Shown piece after piece: positions 48,966 through 62,222 of a stretch of 64,000 nucleotides of DNA. Each line of letters starts with the position of its first letter. The first letter of the stretch is position 1. A program made the translations under genes and the position numbers. Origin of the DNA: Octopus vulgaris (Eukaryota); the NCBI GenBank assembly GCA_951406725.2, contig OX597817.1:2852001-2916000 (forward strand). The letters are read 5' to 3'. The notes below the pieces were generated by a model, which was given only the letters and a program-made list of their open reading frames with translations, did no database searches and was not told the DNA's origin.

Positions 48966-49415
48966 AGATCTTTTCGGTTTGAACGGCAGTTTTTCCTAGC
49001 GGTGTCATATGAAATTGTCACCCATAATTATGACCCTAGTATCGATCTATTGCATTTCAATCTGTTTTAGGGTTTAGGGTTAGTTAGGGTTTAGGGTTAG
49101 TTAGGGTTAGGGTTAGGATTGGGGGGAAGGGTATCTTTTTTTATTCACAAATGCAAATAAATCCAATCTGTTTCTTAAACGAGGGACATATTCATTCGGC
49201 ACAGAATGCTTTTTAACTCAATGGACGTCATTGATTGGTTGAAATTGCAGAAATTGAAGAAAAAAACAGCAAATATCGTACAAACTATAGAATTTTCTCA
49301 ATAAAGCCAAGAGAAAAAGATGTTTTATAAACACATTCTACTAGTATACGAAGTTTAAAATATTTTAGTTACCTAGAAATTATGTTAAAAACTGCCGTTC
49401 AAACTGAAAAGATCC
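48966..49415. mobile_element. MITE with ~29-bp TIRs and internal telomere-like repeats
   Basis: (A)GATCTTTTCGGTTTGAACGGCAGTTTTT ... AAAAACTGCCGTTCAAACTGAAAAGATCC. Flanks TCACTGGG/TCACAGGT give a degenerate 8-bp TSD. TTAGGG-like tract at 49067-49118. Confidence 0.85.
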
Positions 49416-49719
49416 TCACAGGTATTCTTGATATAACTTTTGTATATCTTGTAAAACAAGTCAGAAAAATTACGAACCAAATGTGGGTAAAATATTAGAA
49501 AGCATTAACTGGCCATTTGATTGCGGCTTTTATCAAATACAATTAAGAATTGAAATAGCATCAACATAAAACAACTTTAAAAGTAACCATTAGCTAAAAG
49601 AGAGGTTTTATACAGTCGTCGATAAAAGGCTTCGTAGTAGCGTTCATGATCATGAATTAAACAGGATTCTGTATGAGAAATTATATCGATCCTGAAACAC
49701 AAAAGAACGAACACGCGCG

Positions 49720-49817
49720 CGCACGGCCATATCACGTTCAATGCACCGGTTCTTGTCCGATCACCAGGTTAAGCAACGTTGTGCCTGACCGAATGGGAAA
49801 CCAAAGAGGCATAAGCA
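49720..49817 (+). pseudogene. 5S rRNA pseudogene with internal deletion
   Basis: ACGGCCATATCACGTTCAATGCACCGGTTCTTGTCCGATCACC-AGGTTAAGCAACGT closely follows the invertebrate 5S 5' half as I recall it, then jumps to TGACCG..TGGGAA.ACC; the GTTAGTACTTGGATGG segment is missing. Confidence 0.85.
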
Positions 49818-49828
49818 TCGCTTTGTTA

Positions 49829-50086
49829 CAGGCGCAGGGCGTGGCTGTTGCTACCCAACCACATAATTCATCATGTGACACTGGGCAAGTATCTTCTACT
49901 CTAGTCTCTCGGGCCGATCAAAGTCTTGTAAATGGATTTGGTAGACAGAAACTGAAAGATTGTATGTACATATATATTCACACACACACATACATACACA
50001 CACACACACACACGCACACACACATACACACAAACACACACACACAAACACACACATATATATATACATACCTATACATATATACT

Positions 50087-50142
<56 letters not shown>

Positions 50143-50380
50143 CACACATATGTGTGTGTGTGTCTTTGTGCCTGTATTTGTCCTCCAGCACCGCTTAACA
50201 ACCAGTGTTTGTATGTTTACGTCCCTGTAACATAGCTGTTCGACAAAAGAGACCGATATAATAAGTACCAAGCTTTTAATAAAAATAAATACTGGGGGTC
50301 GATTCATTCCACTAAAACTTCTTCTATGTGCTGCCCCAGCATGGTCAGTCTTGTAACTGAAGCAAGTGAAAGATAAAAGA
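49829..50380 (+). mobile_element. Family B SINE with small deletions in the head
   Basis: AGGCGCAGG..TGGCTGT head, GGGCAAGT.TCTTCTACT, GGATTTGGTAGACAGAAACTGAAAGA, internal microsatellite, family B tail. Confidence 0.85.
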
Positions 50381-50414
50381 TGTTTGTGTGTGCGCGTGTG
50401 CGTGTGTGTGTGTG

Positions 50415-50614
50415 TAAAAGGGGTGCTCAAAATTTTCTGGTTTTAAGGATATCGCGTAAAGTTTGGTTGGAGGCCCAATCCTCCGAGTTCTTTTACAGTG
50501 TTTAGAAAAACTGAAGGACAGGACCGCTGCAGTAAGTATGTGAATCTGTTGAATAAAATTACAATTGACTGGTCCTCCCACATTTTCTTTTACCGAAAGC
50601 CAAGAGGTTTTCAG
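50415..50614 (+). mobile_element. Mariner-derived non-autonomous element
   Basis: Left end AGGGGTGCTCAAAATTTTCTGGTTTT mirrored by AAAGCCAAGAGGTTTTCAG. The interior resembles the mariner C-terminus (FFY..LEKL..R..KCV...VE*) with frameshifts. Confidence 0.6.
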
Positions 50615-50980
50615 AGAAAATGAAGCATGAGAAGATTAAGAGAAGGTTTAAAAGGAATGAACTTGTGGAAAATGAGGGATGGTTGCCTTTTGCGTGTGAT
50701 TTGTGGGAGGAAATGCTTGAGACGTGCAGGCCTGGTCAGCCATCTGAGAACCCATATGAATCAACTCATTGTAAATTGTGATATGGCTTTTGTTCGCAGC
50801 AGAACAAGTGCCAGCTCTGTAAAAGGTGTACCTTTCAGCTGGAGGACTGAAAAGGCATGTGAAAGGGGTTGATACTGTGGCACCTGTTCCTTCTGCCAGC
50901 CAGCACAGCTGTGCATTATGTAATAGAATGTGCAAATCTTTGGCCGGGTTCAAGAGTCATATAAGGGCCTCACATTTCAT
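50615..50980 (+). pseudogene. C2H2 zinc-finger cluster, probable RTE LINE C-terminus
   Basis: ICGRKCLRRAGLVSHLRTH, a decayed GLKRHVK finger, and CALCNRMCKSLAGFKSHIRASH in different frames. Confidence 0.65.
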
Positions 50981-52204
50981 CAACGATGACTCATTTCGGT
51001 GACTCTTTCTAGCAATGGCTTTGCTCGTATACGAGAAAATAACTAAGATACATGTGCATGTATGTATGTATGTATGTACATATGAATGTAAAGCTGTGTG
51101 TGTGTGTTTGCGTCCGAGCGTGTATGATTGTTGAAACAATTTTGTTTCTAGCTGGTGCAAACTGTAGTGTCAAATTCAATATCACGAGTAAACTTTATCT
51201 AAGCTAAGAGAAACCATTTATCTGTGTCCTTCCTAGAACCTTGGAACGATCTTCAGAATTTCGAACCCACAGAGACACTGTCACTATTATAAAACAGTGA
51301 AGAAGACGAGGGAGGTAGAAGAGGAAGTAGAGGAAAATTTGATGATAATGATTTCGTAGGTAATTGTTATAGGAGAGTTAAAACATTATATTTGTCAATG
51401 CTTATCTTCCAAAATTTACATTAGAAATTTCACCCACCCCATGGCACGCACAGTTAATACGTTCCTTTATAATCTTTTGTTGTAATACATGAACATTTCT
51501 ATATTTATATACGCTGCTGAAATATGCCGATATAGCAGCATTCGGGGATGGGGGACAGGATGATATCACATTATTAGATCTATTGACTATTTATAGCTAA
51601 ACACAAATGATACCTTTCATCGTTTTAGGATCGGGAAAATGAACATAGCTAGATATATGTATTGATTAAATTCCTAAAGCCCCTTTAAAGCAACAATAAG
51701 CCTTAAAATTCCTGCAGTGAGTGCTACGATTCCCGGTCTTCGTTAAATCCATTTCGCTTAAGGCTGTTTTTAAATCATATGAATGTTGAAATTTTACTTT
51801 TATTTCTCTAGAAATTATGAGTTTATATTTACATAGTTTTAATAAAATGTGTTGCTTCCCAAAAATTTGATTTGGAGAAAATCTAACCTCAAATATTCTG
51901 AACTCTTCAATCAGTGAGCCAGTGAGTCAGTACTCATGAATCTTTTCAGCTTCACGTGTCAAAGTTCAATTTCTTTAATAATCCTGTCGTTGAAGTGCCA
52001 CGCGTAATTAAGTATTAGCTAAATGTTTATAGAGAAGCATTGCAGGGAAATATCATTAAAAGTTTATCGCATTTCACCTGAAAACCCGTGACGTACCTCT
52101 GCTGATATGTATAGCGTAAGTTTACTGACGCTGCTTTTAGTGGTCTTTCGCTCTATAAGTAATAGATGTCTATAAGTAATAGATGTCGGGTTGCGATTTC
52201 AACC

Positions 52205-52375
52205 AGCTAAGAACTACCTTGGTACCGATGCTGTTTTGATACCAGGAACTACCCTTGTACAAAGCTGCTTTGTTACTGAGAGCAACCTTGGTACTGCAGC
52301 TTCATTGATAACAATAACTATCTTAGTCCTAAAATTGCCTTGACACCGAGAAGTATGTTGCTCGACACCTTGGCT
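52205..52375. repeat. Degenerate ~18/36-bp minisatellite
   Basis: Recurring (A)CCTTGGTACC/GCTTTG.TAC-like words at ~18-bp spacing; a 17-bp tandem duplication TCTATAAGTAATAGATG lies just upstream (~52152-52185). Confidence 0.5.
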
Positions 52376-53396
52376 CTCACCACTTTCCATTTAATTTTAT
52401 TTATTTATATATTTATTTTGATTATGTACAATCAATACTTGCTTATCGCAAGTATTGAGTGTACTTCGTCAAAACAAGTCGGCCATTTGCTGAAGTTGGG
52501 CTCGAAAAGAAAGAGAAATCGAAATAAATATAGTAAAACACATTATCCAACGACCTTAAAGAGCAATGTTAGCAAGCCTATGACATACACACCAGCAGAG
52601 ACACATTGGTTTTCAAGTGATATTCGATGGACTTTGATAAAATCGCCTTCCAATATCATGCTATGAAATGCTTATTTATAAACATTTACCTTAAACTAAA
52701 TTACAGGTGACATTTCAATTACCGAATGCTTTTGTTAACAATCTAGCTGCAATTTTAAAGTTATTTGTAACAATTTATAAATGTGATTTCTTTCAACAGA
52801 AAAAGCCTGTGCCTTTTGGGAACGGCTATAATCTAGACACGGGCAACCTTCTTCGAGTAGGGGGCTGCATAAGGCATGGCTTATCCTCGGGGTTGGGTGG
52901 GGGTTGTACTACAATAAAAAAAATTATCCTAATTTTTCGCAAGGCATACACCATTTAACAAGTCCGGCGAGCCACACTTTGCCCATGACCTGTATAGTCC
53001 ACTAAACCGATTGCAATAGGTGACTGCTGCTAATGTTACTTCAACATGATTTGGACCTAGAAGGTAAAGGACTGGAACTACACAGCGACGTACTAACTAT
53101 TTTACCAATCCCATTCCTGTATTGATTTCTAATATTAAAACAATACCAGAAGTCTAAATGTTTCATGGACGTGCTGTGGTCGATTGAAGTGACTCAGTAC
53201 TCAGTTTAGTGGTTGTTTTATCGGGTTGGGAAGAAGAAAAAATTGATTACAGCACCGTTTTATACTAACACAAGAGTATTATTATAATATATTATCTCGG
53301 TAACCACAGGAGCTATAAAAAAATACAAAGCCCAGCATCACCACCGGATCATTCTACGCATCTGTGTAATTTTTTCCCATGTCAAATTTATATACT

Positions 53397-53780
53397 CTTG
53401 TACTTGTTTCAGTCATTTGAATGTGGCCATGCTGGAGCACCGCCTTTAGTCGAGCAAATTGTAAGCCTAGTACTTATTCTGTCGGTCTATTTTGCCGAAC
53501 CGCTAAGTTACGGGGACGTAAACACACCAGCATCAGTTGTCAAGCGACGTTGGAGGGACAAACACAGGCACACAAACATATACACACACACATACTCACA
53601 TATATATACATATATTCGACGGGTTTCTTTCAGTTTCCGTTTACCATATCCACTCACAAAGCTTTGGTCGACCCGAAGCTATAGTAGAAGACACTTGCCC
53701 AAGGTGCCACGCAGTGAGACTGAACCCGGAACCATGTGGTTCGTAGGCAAGCTACTTACCATACAGCTACACTTACACCT
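53397..53780 (-). mobile_element. Family B SINE, full length
   Basis: Reverse complement of the 59461 copy. Confidence 0.92.
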
Positions 53781-54341
53781 ATATTTATAGATAACAAAAT
53801 AACGAAGTTGTGTAAAATGCAGACCGTACGGTATTACATATCTTATACTTTCTATTCGCCAACGTATCCTGAAACGGTTTTCACTGATTAACAAAAACAA
53901 AGATAACGTTGAATTGGCAGAGGATAAAATTCACGTTAAAACAAACGTAGATATTAGTTGCTGTCAGTTTACACTTCCAATAATAACCAAGGAAAGTTAA
54001 TTATTATTTCTTCCATTTATTCAATAGAGTCAAGTACTGTAATATTGTTGCTGCTATTGTTGTGTCTGCATACAATCAGACAAACTCCGATTGAACAACA
54101 ACATGTATCCACCGTGACCACTGCGTTAATATATATTTTCAACTAGACATACTGCATCTGTTACCACATCGCTTAATGTTTTTCTTCTTCTTTTCTTCTG
54201 ACGGTTGGGTGTGATTTGAAGGAGATTTGTCTACTGTTTCAAGCAAACTGAGAGACTGCATAGAGGCTACCTCGTTTTCTTCTGTAAGTAGTAGTAACAG
54301 TAATAGCAGTAGTAGCAGCAGCAGTAGTAGGGGCAGTGGCG

Positions 54342-54379
<38 letters not shown>

Positions 54380-54429
54380 TGTTTACGTTTCGAACCTGTG
54401 TAAAGCTTCACTTCCACACACACCAGCCT

Positions 54430-54886
<457 letters not shown>

Positions 54887-56042
54887 TCAATGTTTGTTTT
54901 TATGTTCAGTTATATTAAAAACAATTTTACATTAATCCAATGGGATACGCTATACGAGCTTCTGACGAGATTCAGTTTTCACCCGCCAAAACCACTCACA
55001 AGACTTAAATCGGTTTAGGTTGACAGAAAAAGATACTAGCCCAAGGTTCTGCGCAGTGGAACTGAATCCAAGCTTCTTAACCACACAGCCTCGCCTAGAA
55101 TAAAACGACAATTCGGTTTGATCTTGGTCTGTCCTTTATATATGACGCTTTCCTTATTGATGTATTCATTCTTATTTGAAGATTAAATGATCAATCGCTT
55201 TGCTCGTGTGTGCGACTATGCGTGAGTTTATCACGCTAACTGCTTTAATGTATGGAGTTACAAGTGTGTATAAATTAAATAATCAAATGCATTTCTTTCT
55301 TTCTATCTCTCTCTATGTATGTATGTATGTATGTATGTATGTATGTATGTATGTATGTATGTATGTATGTATGTATGTATGTAGGCATGCATGTATGTAT
55401 GTATATAGGTATGTATGTATAATCTATAATATTATTCTCCGCGTTTCTGCGTTACTACCTGTTTAGTCCGTGTGTTACGCTGTCGTCAAGGGAGGTAATA
55501 ACCCGAATGGTGAATTATATGCAGAGAAAGAATGAAGGGGAAAGGGGAAACTAGGAAGGAGTGAGAAAGGAAGAGGGGGGAGAGGAGACGGTCTCTATTA
55601 TTCTGTGTTTTTGCGTTCAAATCGCAGGCGCAGTCCTGATGTTTCACATAGTGAAACAATATCGTGAAAATTTATAAATCTATTCCTTTAATGATATATC
55701 GAGAGATAATTAAATATAGATATATAAAAGTTTATACTTTTATCTTTTATATGTTCCTGAACATAGGCTGTATTCGGTTTAAATACTTTATCAGTATTAT
55801 GAGAGCAAATGAGGAAAGGAATTTAGATATGATAATTAATTAACTAGTTAGCTGGATAGATAGTCAGGTACGCAGGTGAGTCTACAGATATATCAACAGA
55901 TATGCACGTAGAGAGGTATATTAATAAACATACAAACAGATATGCGGCTGAACTGAACTGAAATGAAAACAGAAATGAAAATAATCTCAATTAGTAAATA
56001 ACTTTGACTGAACTTTGGTGGTGGTTAAACAGCTAACAGTGT

Positions 56043-56044
<2 letters not shown>

Positions 56045-56122
<78 letters not shown>
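56045..56122. repeat. (GT)n microsatellite
   Basis: Directly visible. Confidence 0.98.
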
Positions 56123-56125
<3 letters not shown>

Positions 56126-56510
56126 ACGTTTCATCATTTTAATTTATCTTTTATTTCCTGAAACTATAAAGCATATCATATCTGTCAAATATATCAAAAG
56201 AGGTAAAATAAGCAATATTTTCTAAGTTCATTTCCATAATATTTGAAAGTACAGTTTTGATTAAATAGCAGAATTTCAAAAGATTTTTTTTTCTTTGAAA
56301 TTTCTGGCTTGTGTTTAATATAGCATACGACTTTCAAATACGTTGAGTTACGCAGTGGAATTTCCATAGGTCCGGCTTGTAAATGTGAATGGATGTAAAC
56401 CTATCCCTACATATATATATATGATATATGATATATTTCAGCCGGTGTTAATGTGTAGACATAACCTACATTAAACGATATAAATCGTAAGTACATATGC
56501 AAATATATGA

Positions 56511-56542
<32 letters not shown>

Positions 56543-57010
56543 GTGTGTGTGTGTGGGCGTATGTGTGCGTCATAGCGTTTGTGAATTAACCTAGCCTAGA
56601 CATTGAGCGTAAAGTGTCCATTGATATAAAGGGAGATTTATAAAACAGTTATCCTCAGAGATCGATAGACAAGTATTGAAGCGGATATTATGTAGATTAA
56701 GGGAGTCTCATGTGCAGTATAGACTTGTTGTTTAGCCTCAGATCAACTCTAATCGGGCAAAGCGGCCGACTCATGATCATACGCCTTCCGACCATTTAGA
56801 AATATGTAAAGCTACATTTTTAAATGTGTTATTTCCTTATTTAAGGTGGTGGAGCATGATCTGAGCGGGATTTCACAGATATTTCTAGCTGACTGATCGA
56901 CTACATAAAAACGTTCTTGTTGCTTGAAATATTGTAGAATTATGAGTAGATATGAAGTCTCGAGTAGAGCAAAATGTGTTGAGTATGTGGCATAATGCTC
57001 TGAATATATT

Positions 57011-57203
57011 AGATTAAAATTTTGGCACAAGGCCAGCAAGGCCAATAAGGCCAGCAATTTCGACCTCAGTGCTCAACTGGTACTTATTTTATTGACCCCG
57101 GAAAGATGAAAGGCGAAGTCGAGCATGGCGGCATTTGAACTCAGAAGAAATGTTGCTAAGCATTTTTTTCAGGTGCAGTAACGATTCTGCCTGTTGGCCA
57201 CCT
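57011..57203 (-). mobile_element. Family A SINE (tail type 2) with perfect 18-bp TSD
   Basis: TAATGCTCTGAATATATT at 56993-57010 and 57204-57221; family A central block in between. Confidence 0.88.
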
Positions 57204-57299
57204 TAATGCTCTGAATATATTGCTAGTTTATGATTCATGGTGTAACAGATTTCATGAAAATGGTTATATCATGTGCATCGAAGTTTCTTCTGGATGGAC

Positions 57300-57900
57300 G
57301 TCTATGACAAAGGTTTAAGTAATCTAAAAATTTATTTAGGATAGAGGTTTATGCTGTGAATAAGTTTGTTTAGATCATAGGTTCCTGTAGTGTAAGGGAC
57401 TGCATAAGATAAAAGTTTACTTAAGGTAGATGTATGTGTTTGGTAGAAGTTTGTTTAGTAGAGAAGTTTGTAATATGTCGACGTTTCTATAGAACAAAAG
57501 CTTATGACACAGATTTGTGCAACGTAGAAGATTGTTTCGTACAGAAGTTTGTTTAGTGAAGAAGTTTATTTAGAGTAAAGTTTGTAGAGTGTGAATGTTT
57601 GTATGACAGGTTTTTGTGGTATAAATTTCGTATTTATGTTGTATAAAGTTTGGATAGTATAAATTTCGTATTCTATTCAAATGCTGTCTCAAAAAAGGTT
57701 TGTTTAAAATAGATATTTCTGTGGTGTAACATACATGACTGTATAATATAGATGTTCATAACATGTAAAGCTGTATGTAAGTAGAAGTTTGTTTAGAGTG
57801 AATGCTTCCGTAATTTAAAGTTCTACAAGTTTGGGAATGAGTACAAAAGTGTTGAGTAGGAGTTATGTAGAATCAAATTCGGGTATTATAGGGATGTGGA
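57300..57900. repeat. Degenerate T/G-skewed minisatellite (TAGAAGTTTGTTTAG-like words)
   Basis: AGAAGTTTGTTTAG or close variants at ~57445, 57543, 57561, 57783 and nearby; strong C depletion on the + strand. Confidence 0.6.
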
Positions 57901-58338
57901 TAATATTTCTATAAGGGAGTAATGATTCAACAATGTTAGGGTTGGTACACAGCAAAGGTTATATAGAGATGTATGAGAGACGTTGTGCAGAGTTGGAGTT
58001 GTTCGAACATATCGAAGACGAAGTTCAGCATAGATCGTGTAGTGTTAAAGTTAAGAACAATATATTCATTCTACAGAGAAAATGCTAGCGAAGAAGATGC
58101 GACGATCTAAGAGTCGGTGTTGAAAACAAAAGAGGTTGTGTAGATCGAAGGTTAGGTGCAAGAAACGAAATACATTGTCCGAGTTGGGTATGGTTGTATT
58201 TTTGAAGAATACGTTTGATGAGAACACTTGGGTTTTGTTATTGGGTGAAGGTGCAAATTCTCAGGAACCTCACGCAAACATAAAACTGCAGTTGAACACA
58301 GTTACACACGCACGCACGCACACAAGGACACGCACACA

Positions 58339-58387
<49 letters not shown>

Positions 58388-58800
58388 ACATGTACATATG
58401 CTGCCATGCTCCAGCATAATCTTGGCTTTGGTGACTTGAACGAAGTACAGAACTAAATAAGCAACACTCAAATACACATTCACACATATGCTAGCATGTC
58501 ACACACACACACGCACACACACACACACACACACATTCTTCCTTATACACAAATATCCCTTCCCCATGCATGCGCACACGTTAGCATACACAGGTGTGCA
58601 TGCGGGTGTATATATGCATGAGTATGTATGCGTTCGATTACAAAACGCACGCAGCTGCATACAGACGGGAAGACATCAAAGAGAAACCTGTACAGTCGAA
58701 TGCAGAAGCTATTTGAAAAACTGATCATTACAAAGTAGGAGCAAGAAAAAAAAGAATATTTTCCAAAAGTGCATAAACTGACAAACACCATATCCTGGTA

Positions 58801-58855
<55 letters not shown>

Positions 58856-58864
58856 CAGAGACAG

Positions 58865-58944
58865 ACAGACAGAGAAGGGCGTGATAGAGAATGTATGAAC
58901 GAGTTAGGGAGGTTGAGAAGCAGAGAGAGAGAGAGAGCGGAAGA

Positions 58945-58993
<49 letters not shown>

Positions 58994-59180
58994 TAGACAG
59001 AGAAGGGCGTGATAGAGAATGTATGAACGAGTTAGGGAGGTTGAGAAGCAGAGAGAGAGAGCGGAAGAAGAGAGAGAGAGAGATAGAGATAGAGAGACAG
59101 ACAGATAGACAGAGAAGGGTGATAGAGAATGTATGAACGAGTTAGGGAGGTTGAGAAGCAGAGAGAGAGAGAGAGCGGAA
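58865..59180. repeat. Three tandem ~110-130-bp units with (GA)n spacers
   Basis: GACAGAGAAGGG(CG)TGATAGAGAATGTATGAACGAGTTAGGGAGGTTGAGAAGCAGAGAG at ~58867, ~58996 and ~59107. Confidence 0.92.
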
Positions 59181-59376
59181 AGAAGAGAGAGAGAGAGAGA
59201 GAGAGACAGATAGAGAAACAGATTTAGAGGAAGAAAGAGAAAATGTTTAGGAGTAAAAGAGAGCAATGATGGAAGAAGAAGCGAGAGGAGGATGTACTGA
59301 TGCAGCGAGTACAAAAGAGAGATAGAGAGAGAATAAAATAGTGCGAGAGAGATATGTGTCTGAGAGAAAATTGTAC

Positions 59377-59457
<81 letters not shown>

Positions 59458-59460
59458 TAT

Positions 59461-59860
59461 AGGCGCAGAAGTGGCTGTGTGATAAGTAGCTTGCTTACCA
59501 GCCACATGGTTCCGGGTTCAGTCCCACTGCGTGGCACCTTGGGCAAGTGTCTTCTACTATAGCCACGGGCCGACCAAAGCCTTGTGAGTGGATTTGGTAG
59601 ACGGAAACTGAAAGAAGCCCATCGTATATATGTATATATATATATATATATGCGTGTGTGTGTGTCTGTGTTTGTTTCCCCCAACATCGCTCGACAACCG
59701 ATGCTGGTATGTTTACGTCCTCGTAACTTAGCGGTTTGGCAAAAGAGACGGGTAGAATACGTACTAGGCTTACACAGAATAAGTCCTGGGGTCAAGTTTC
59801 TCGATTAAAGGTGGTGCTCCAGCATGGCCGCAGTCAAATGACTGAAACAAATAAAAGTAT
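59461..59860 (+). mobile_element. Family B SINE, best-preserved full-length copy
   Basis: AGGCGCAGAAGTGGCTGTGTG A-box-like, GGGTTCAGTCCC B-box-like, ACCTTGGGCAAGTG CORE-like block, tail CTCCAGCATGGCCGCAGTCAAATGACTGAAACAA. Confidence 0.93.
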
Positions 59861-59876
59861 AATAGAATAAAAAAGA

Positions 59877-59946
<70 letters not shown>

Positions 59947-60135
59947 ATATGTGTACATGTGTATGTGTATGCATGTGTGTGTGTGTATTGAAAGATGGAA
60001 AGAGAAGAAACAGAAATTTAGTAACATATGGAATTAGAGATTCACTAAAGAACATTGTATGTATGTATGTATGTATGTATGTATGCATGCATGTATGTAC
60101 GTATGTATGTAAAGATATATGTGTGTGAGTGTGTG

Positions 60136-60175
<40 letters not shown>

Positions 60176-61150
60176 GGAAGAGAGAGAGAGAGAGAGAGAG
60201 AAATAATGGAAAAAGAATGAGACGGAACAGACGTTATAATAATATTAATATTGTTGCTTTTGTTGCTTACCTGCCCAAATCCAATTCAGGTCATCCCTGA
60301 TCGAACAGCAGACCTATTAATAAACATATTCCAACCATCAACGTCCTGTATTTTTTAAGATACAGTGTGCATCTGGGATCACTTTAATTTAATGTGTTCT
60401 TCCTTTTTTGCAACAATAGGTGAGATTCTACAAATATCTGGTCACTATTTCTAGCTGGTTGAATATACCTGCTGCTGGTGCTGTTGTTTTTATTTTGGTT
60501 ACTGGTCAGCACTGGTTTACCAAATCTGATATTAAAGCCGTTCCAGGCATGACTGTTACATTTTTTTTATGTATTACAGTCACGTAGCTTGAGTGTGCAT
60601 CATTCGGGTAAGCCCTTGAGTTTTCTCGCCCAATGACCCCTCTACAAGCTTACACAGTAGACCCCAAAGTGTCACTCAGGGTGAACCTTCCCACTGCTTC
60701 CTACTCTCTACTCTGCCTCCAGTCTCTTCATACCCCTTCCTGTTTTCTACTCCTTGCGTCATCCGCAGGTATGCTACTGATGTGCAAAAAAAAATTTGGA
60801 CTACATAAGCTATTGGTTCTTTGTGATCCGAGAAAGACTGAGCTGGTATTTTACGCTGATCGGAAATCTAATATTGACTCCAAGAAAATACCCGTAGGTT
60901 CTGTGTGGAAGCGGGTATGGTACGTCAGGTGGAAGCGAATGTGACGTAGTGGATAGAGGTGCAACAGTGTTGAAGTTTGCACTTAGCTTTGGTGATGATC
61001 ACCCTTGCAGTGTTAAATGTGACGCAGATAAGCAAGAAGTTATTTCAAACGTCCTAGATGTTGTTCTTGAACCACCGCTCAGATCTGATACAATAAAGCT
61101 ATGAACAAAGGCTTCCCAAACATGACCATTCCATCTTGCTTTTTAACAGA

Positions 61151-61490
61151 TGCAGGCATGGCTAGGCGAAGGCACACATGGCTATTGCTATGTTCGACAA
61201 AAAAGACCGATAGAATAAGCACGAGATTTATGAAATATGTATTGGTGTCGACTTGTTCGACTAAACCCTTCAGGCAAGATCGTCGTAAGGAATGGTCACA
61301 CTGGCCAGTTGCCCAGAGATTTCATGGGGTGTAGGGGCCCAATTCTGATTTACGTATACTGTGGTTTATTGTCAATAAATATATATATATACTACAGGGC
61401 CTAATGCATTGATTTTCCCCGAGGCCTACAATGTTCATTAACACAGCTTTATTCTCAAGGCAGTGTCCCTGTATGGCTGCATAAAAGACA
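61151..61490 (+). mobile_element. Deleted family B SINE interrupted by a ~175-bp hAT-type MITE (~61276-61451)
   Basis: SINE text CTAAAACCCTTCAGG resumes as TCTCAAGGCAGTGTCCC.GTATGGCTGCA. The insert carries GGGGCCC/GGCCTACAATG motifs and weak terminal complementarity (CGTCGTAA/TTAACACAG). Confidence 0.5.
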
Positions 61491-61666
61491 AAATAGGGCT
61501 TGTAGGAGCAGATTATCGAATTTGTCTCCGTTTAACACAGTAAGATGTGGTTGAGAACGAGATGAGCTCTTCTTCTAATGATGGTGACGTGGTCCCTACA
61601 TTAATGTAAGGTAAATGGTATTGAAAGTGGCGGTGTTGTTACTGCTGCTGTTACTGCTACTGCTGA

Positions 61667-61696
<30 letters not shown>

Positions 61697-61697
<1 letters not shown>

Positions 61698-62222
61698 CTT
61701 CTTCTTCTTCTTCTTCTTCTTCTTCTTCTTCTTCTTCTTCTTCTTCCAATCAGGACTCACGCCGTTAGCCACAAAGAATAATCTCTAATTCGAGCCTACT
61801 CTAAGCTACTAAGAATGCGTGTGGCAACTTGAAGATCCACCCACCACACGCGATGATAGACTGGCGGTTGCACGGGCGCGAAAGCTACGTTGTTATCCTC
61901 ATTCCGTAAACGGTGGCTTTTAACGGGTGGAGAGCTGAACCATCCTGGGGTACAGAGGATTCGCAAACTAGACTAGGGTCTGAAAGTTTACTACACCATA
62001 GTGGGTTACACCATGGTTTCTCTGCTTTGTGGCAGAAGTAGGAAGAAAGAGTGAGAGAAAGTTGAGGTGAAAGAGTACAGCGGGGTTCACCCCGCCGGAG
62101 CCTCGTGGAGCCTAGGTATTTTTGCTCAATAAACACTCACAATGCCCGGTCTGGGAATCGAAACCGCATTCTTACAATCGAGAGTCCGCTGCCCTAACCA
62201 CTGGGTCATTACGCCTCCACCA
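61697..62222 (-). mobile_element. tRNA-derived SINE with a long body ending in (GAA)n
   Basis: Minus strand GTGGAGGCGTAATGACCCAGTGGTTAGGGCAGCGG...GGTTTCGATTCCC (A and B boxes); 3' end CTAACGGCGTGAGTCCTGATTGG(AAG)n. It splits a (GTT/GCT)n tract. Confidence 0.75.

Noticed and set aside
49067-49118. Telomere or chromosome-fusion scar
   Set aside because: Short, degenerate, single-orientation tract that lies within a TIR element.
50448-50530. Apparent exon (AG...GTAAGT) with open frame YRVKFGWRPNPPSS
   Set aside because: It lies inside a mariner-derived element with inverted ends; more simply a transposon relic.
52833-52992. Possible short hAT MITE (..CACGGGCAA / TTGCCCATG..)
   Set aside because: The TIR match is weak and there is no clear 8-bp TSD; not supported enough to list.
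53398-53790. Recurrent peptides such as CGHAGAPPLVEQIDPRTYSL and YSRRHLPKVPRSGTEP in many ORFs
   Set aside because: They are translations of the family B SINE; recurrence reflects the repeat, not a protein family.
58865-59180. Regularly spaced direct repeats, superficially CRISPR-like
   Set aside because: The spacers are (GA)n rather than unique sequence, the context is eukaryotic, and there are no cas genes.
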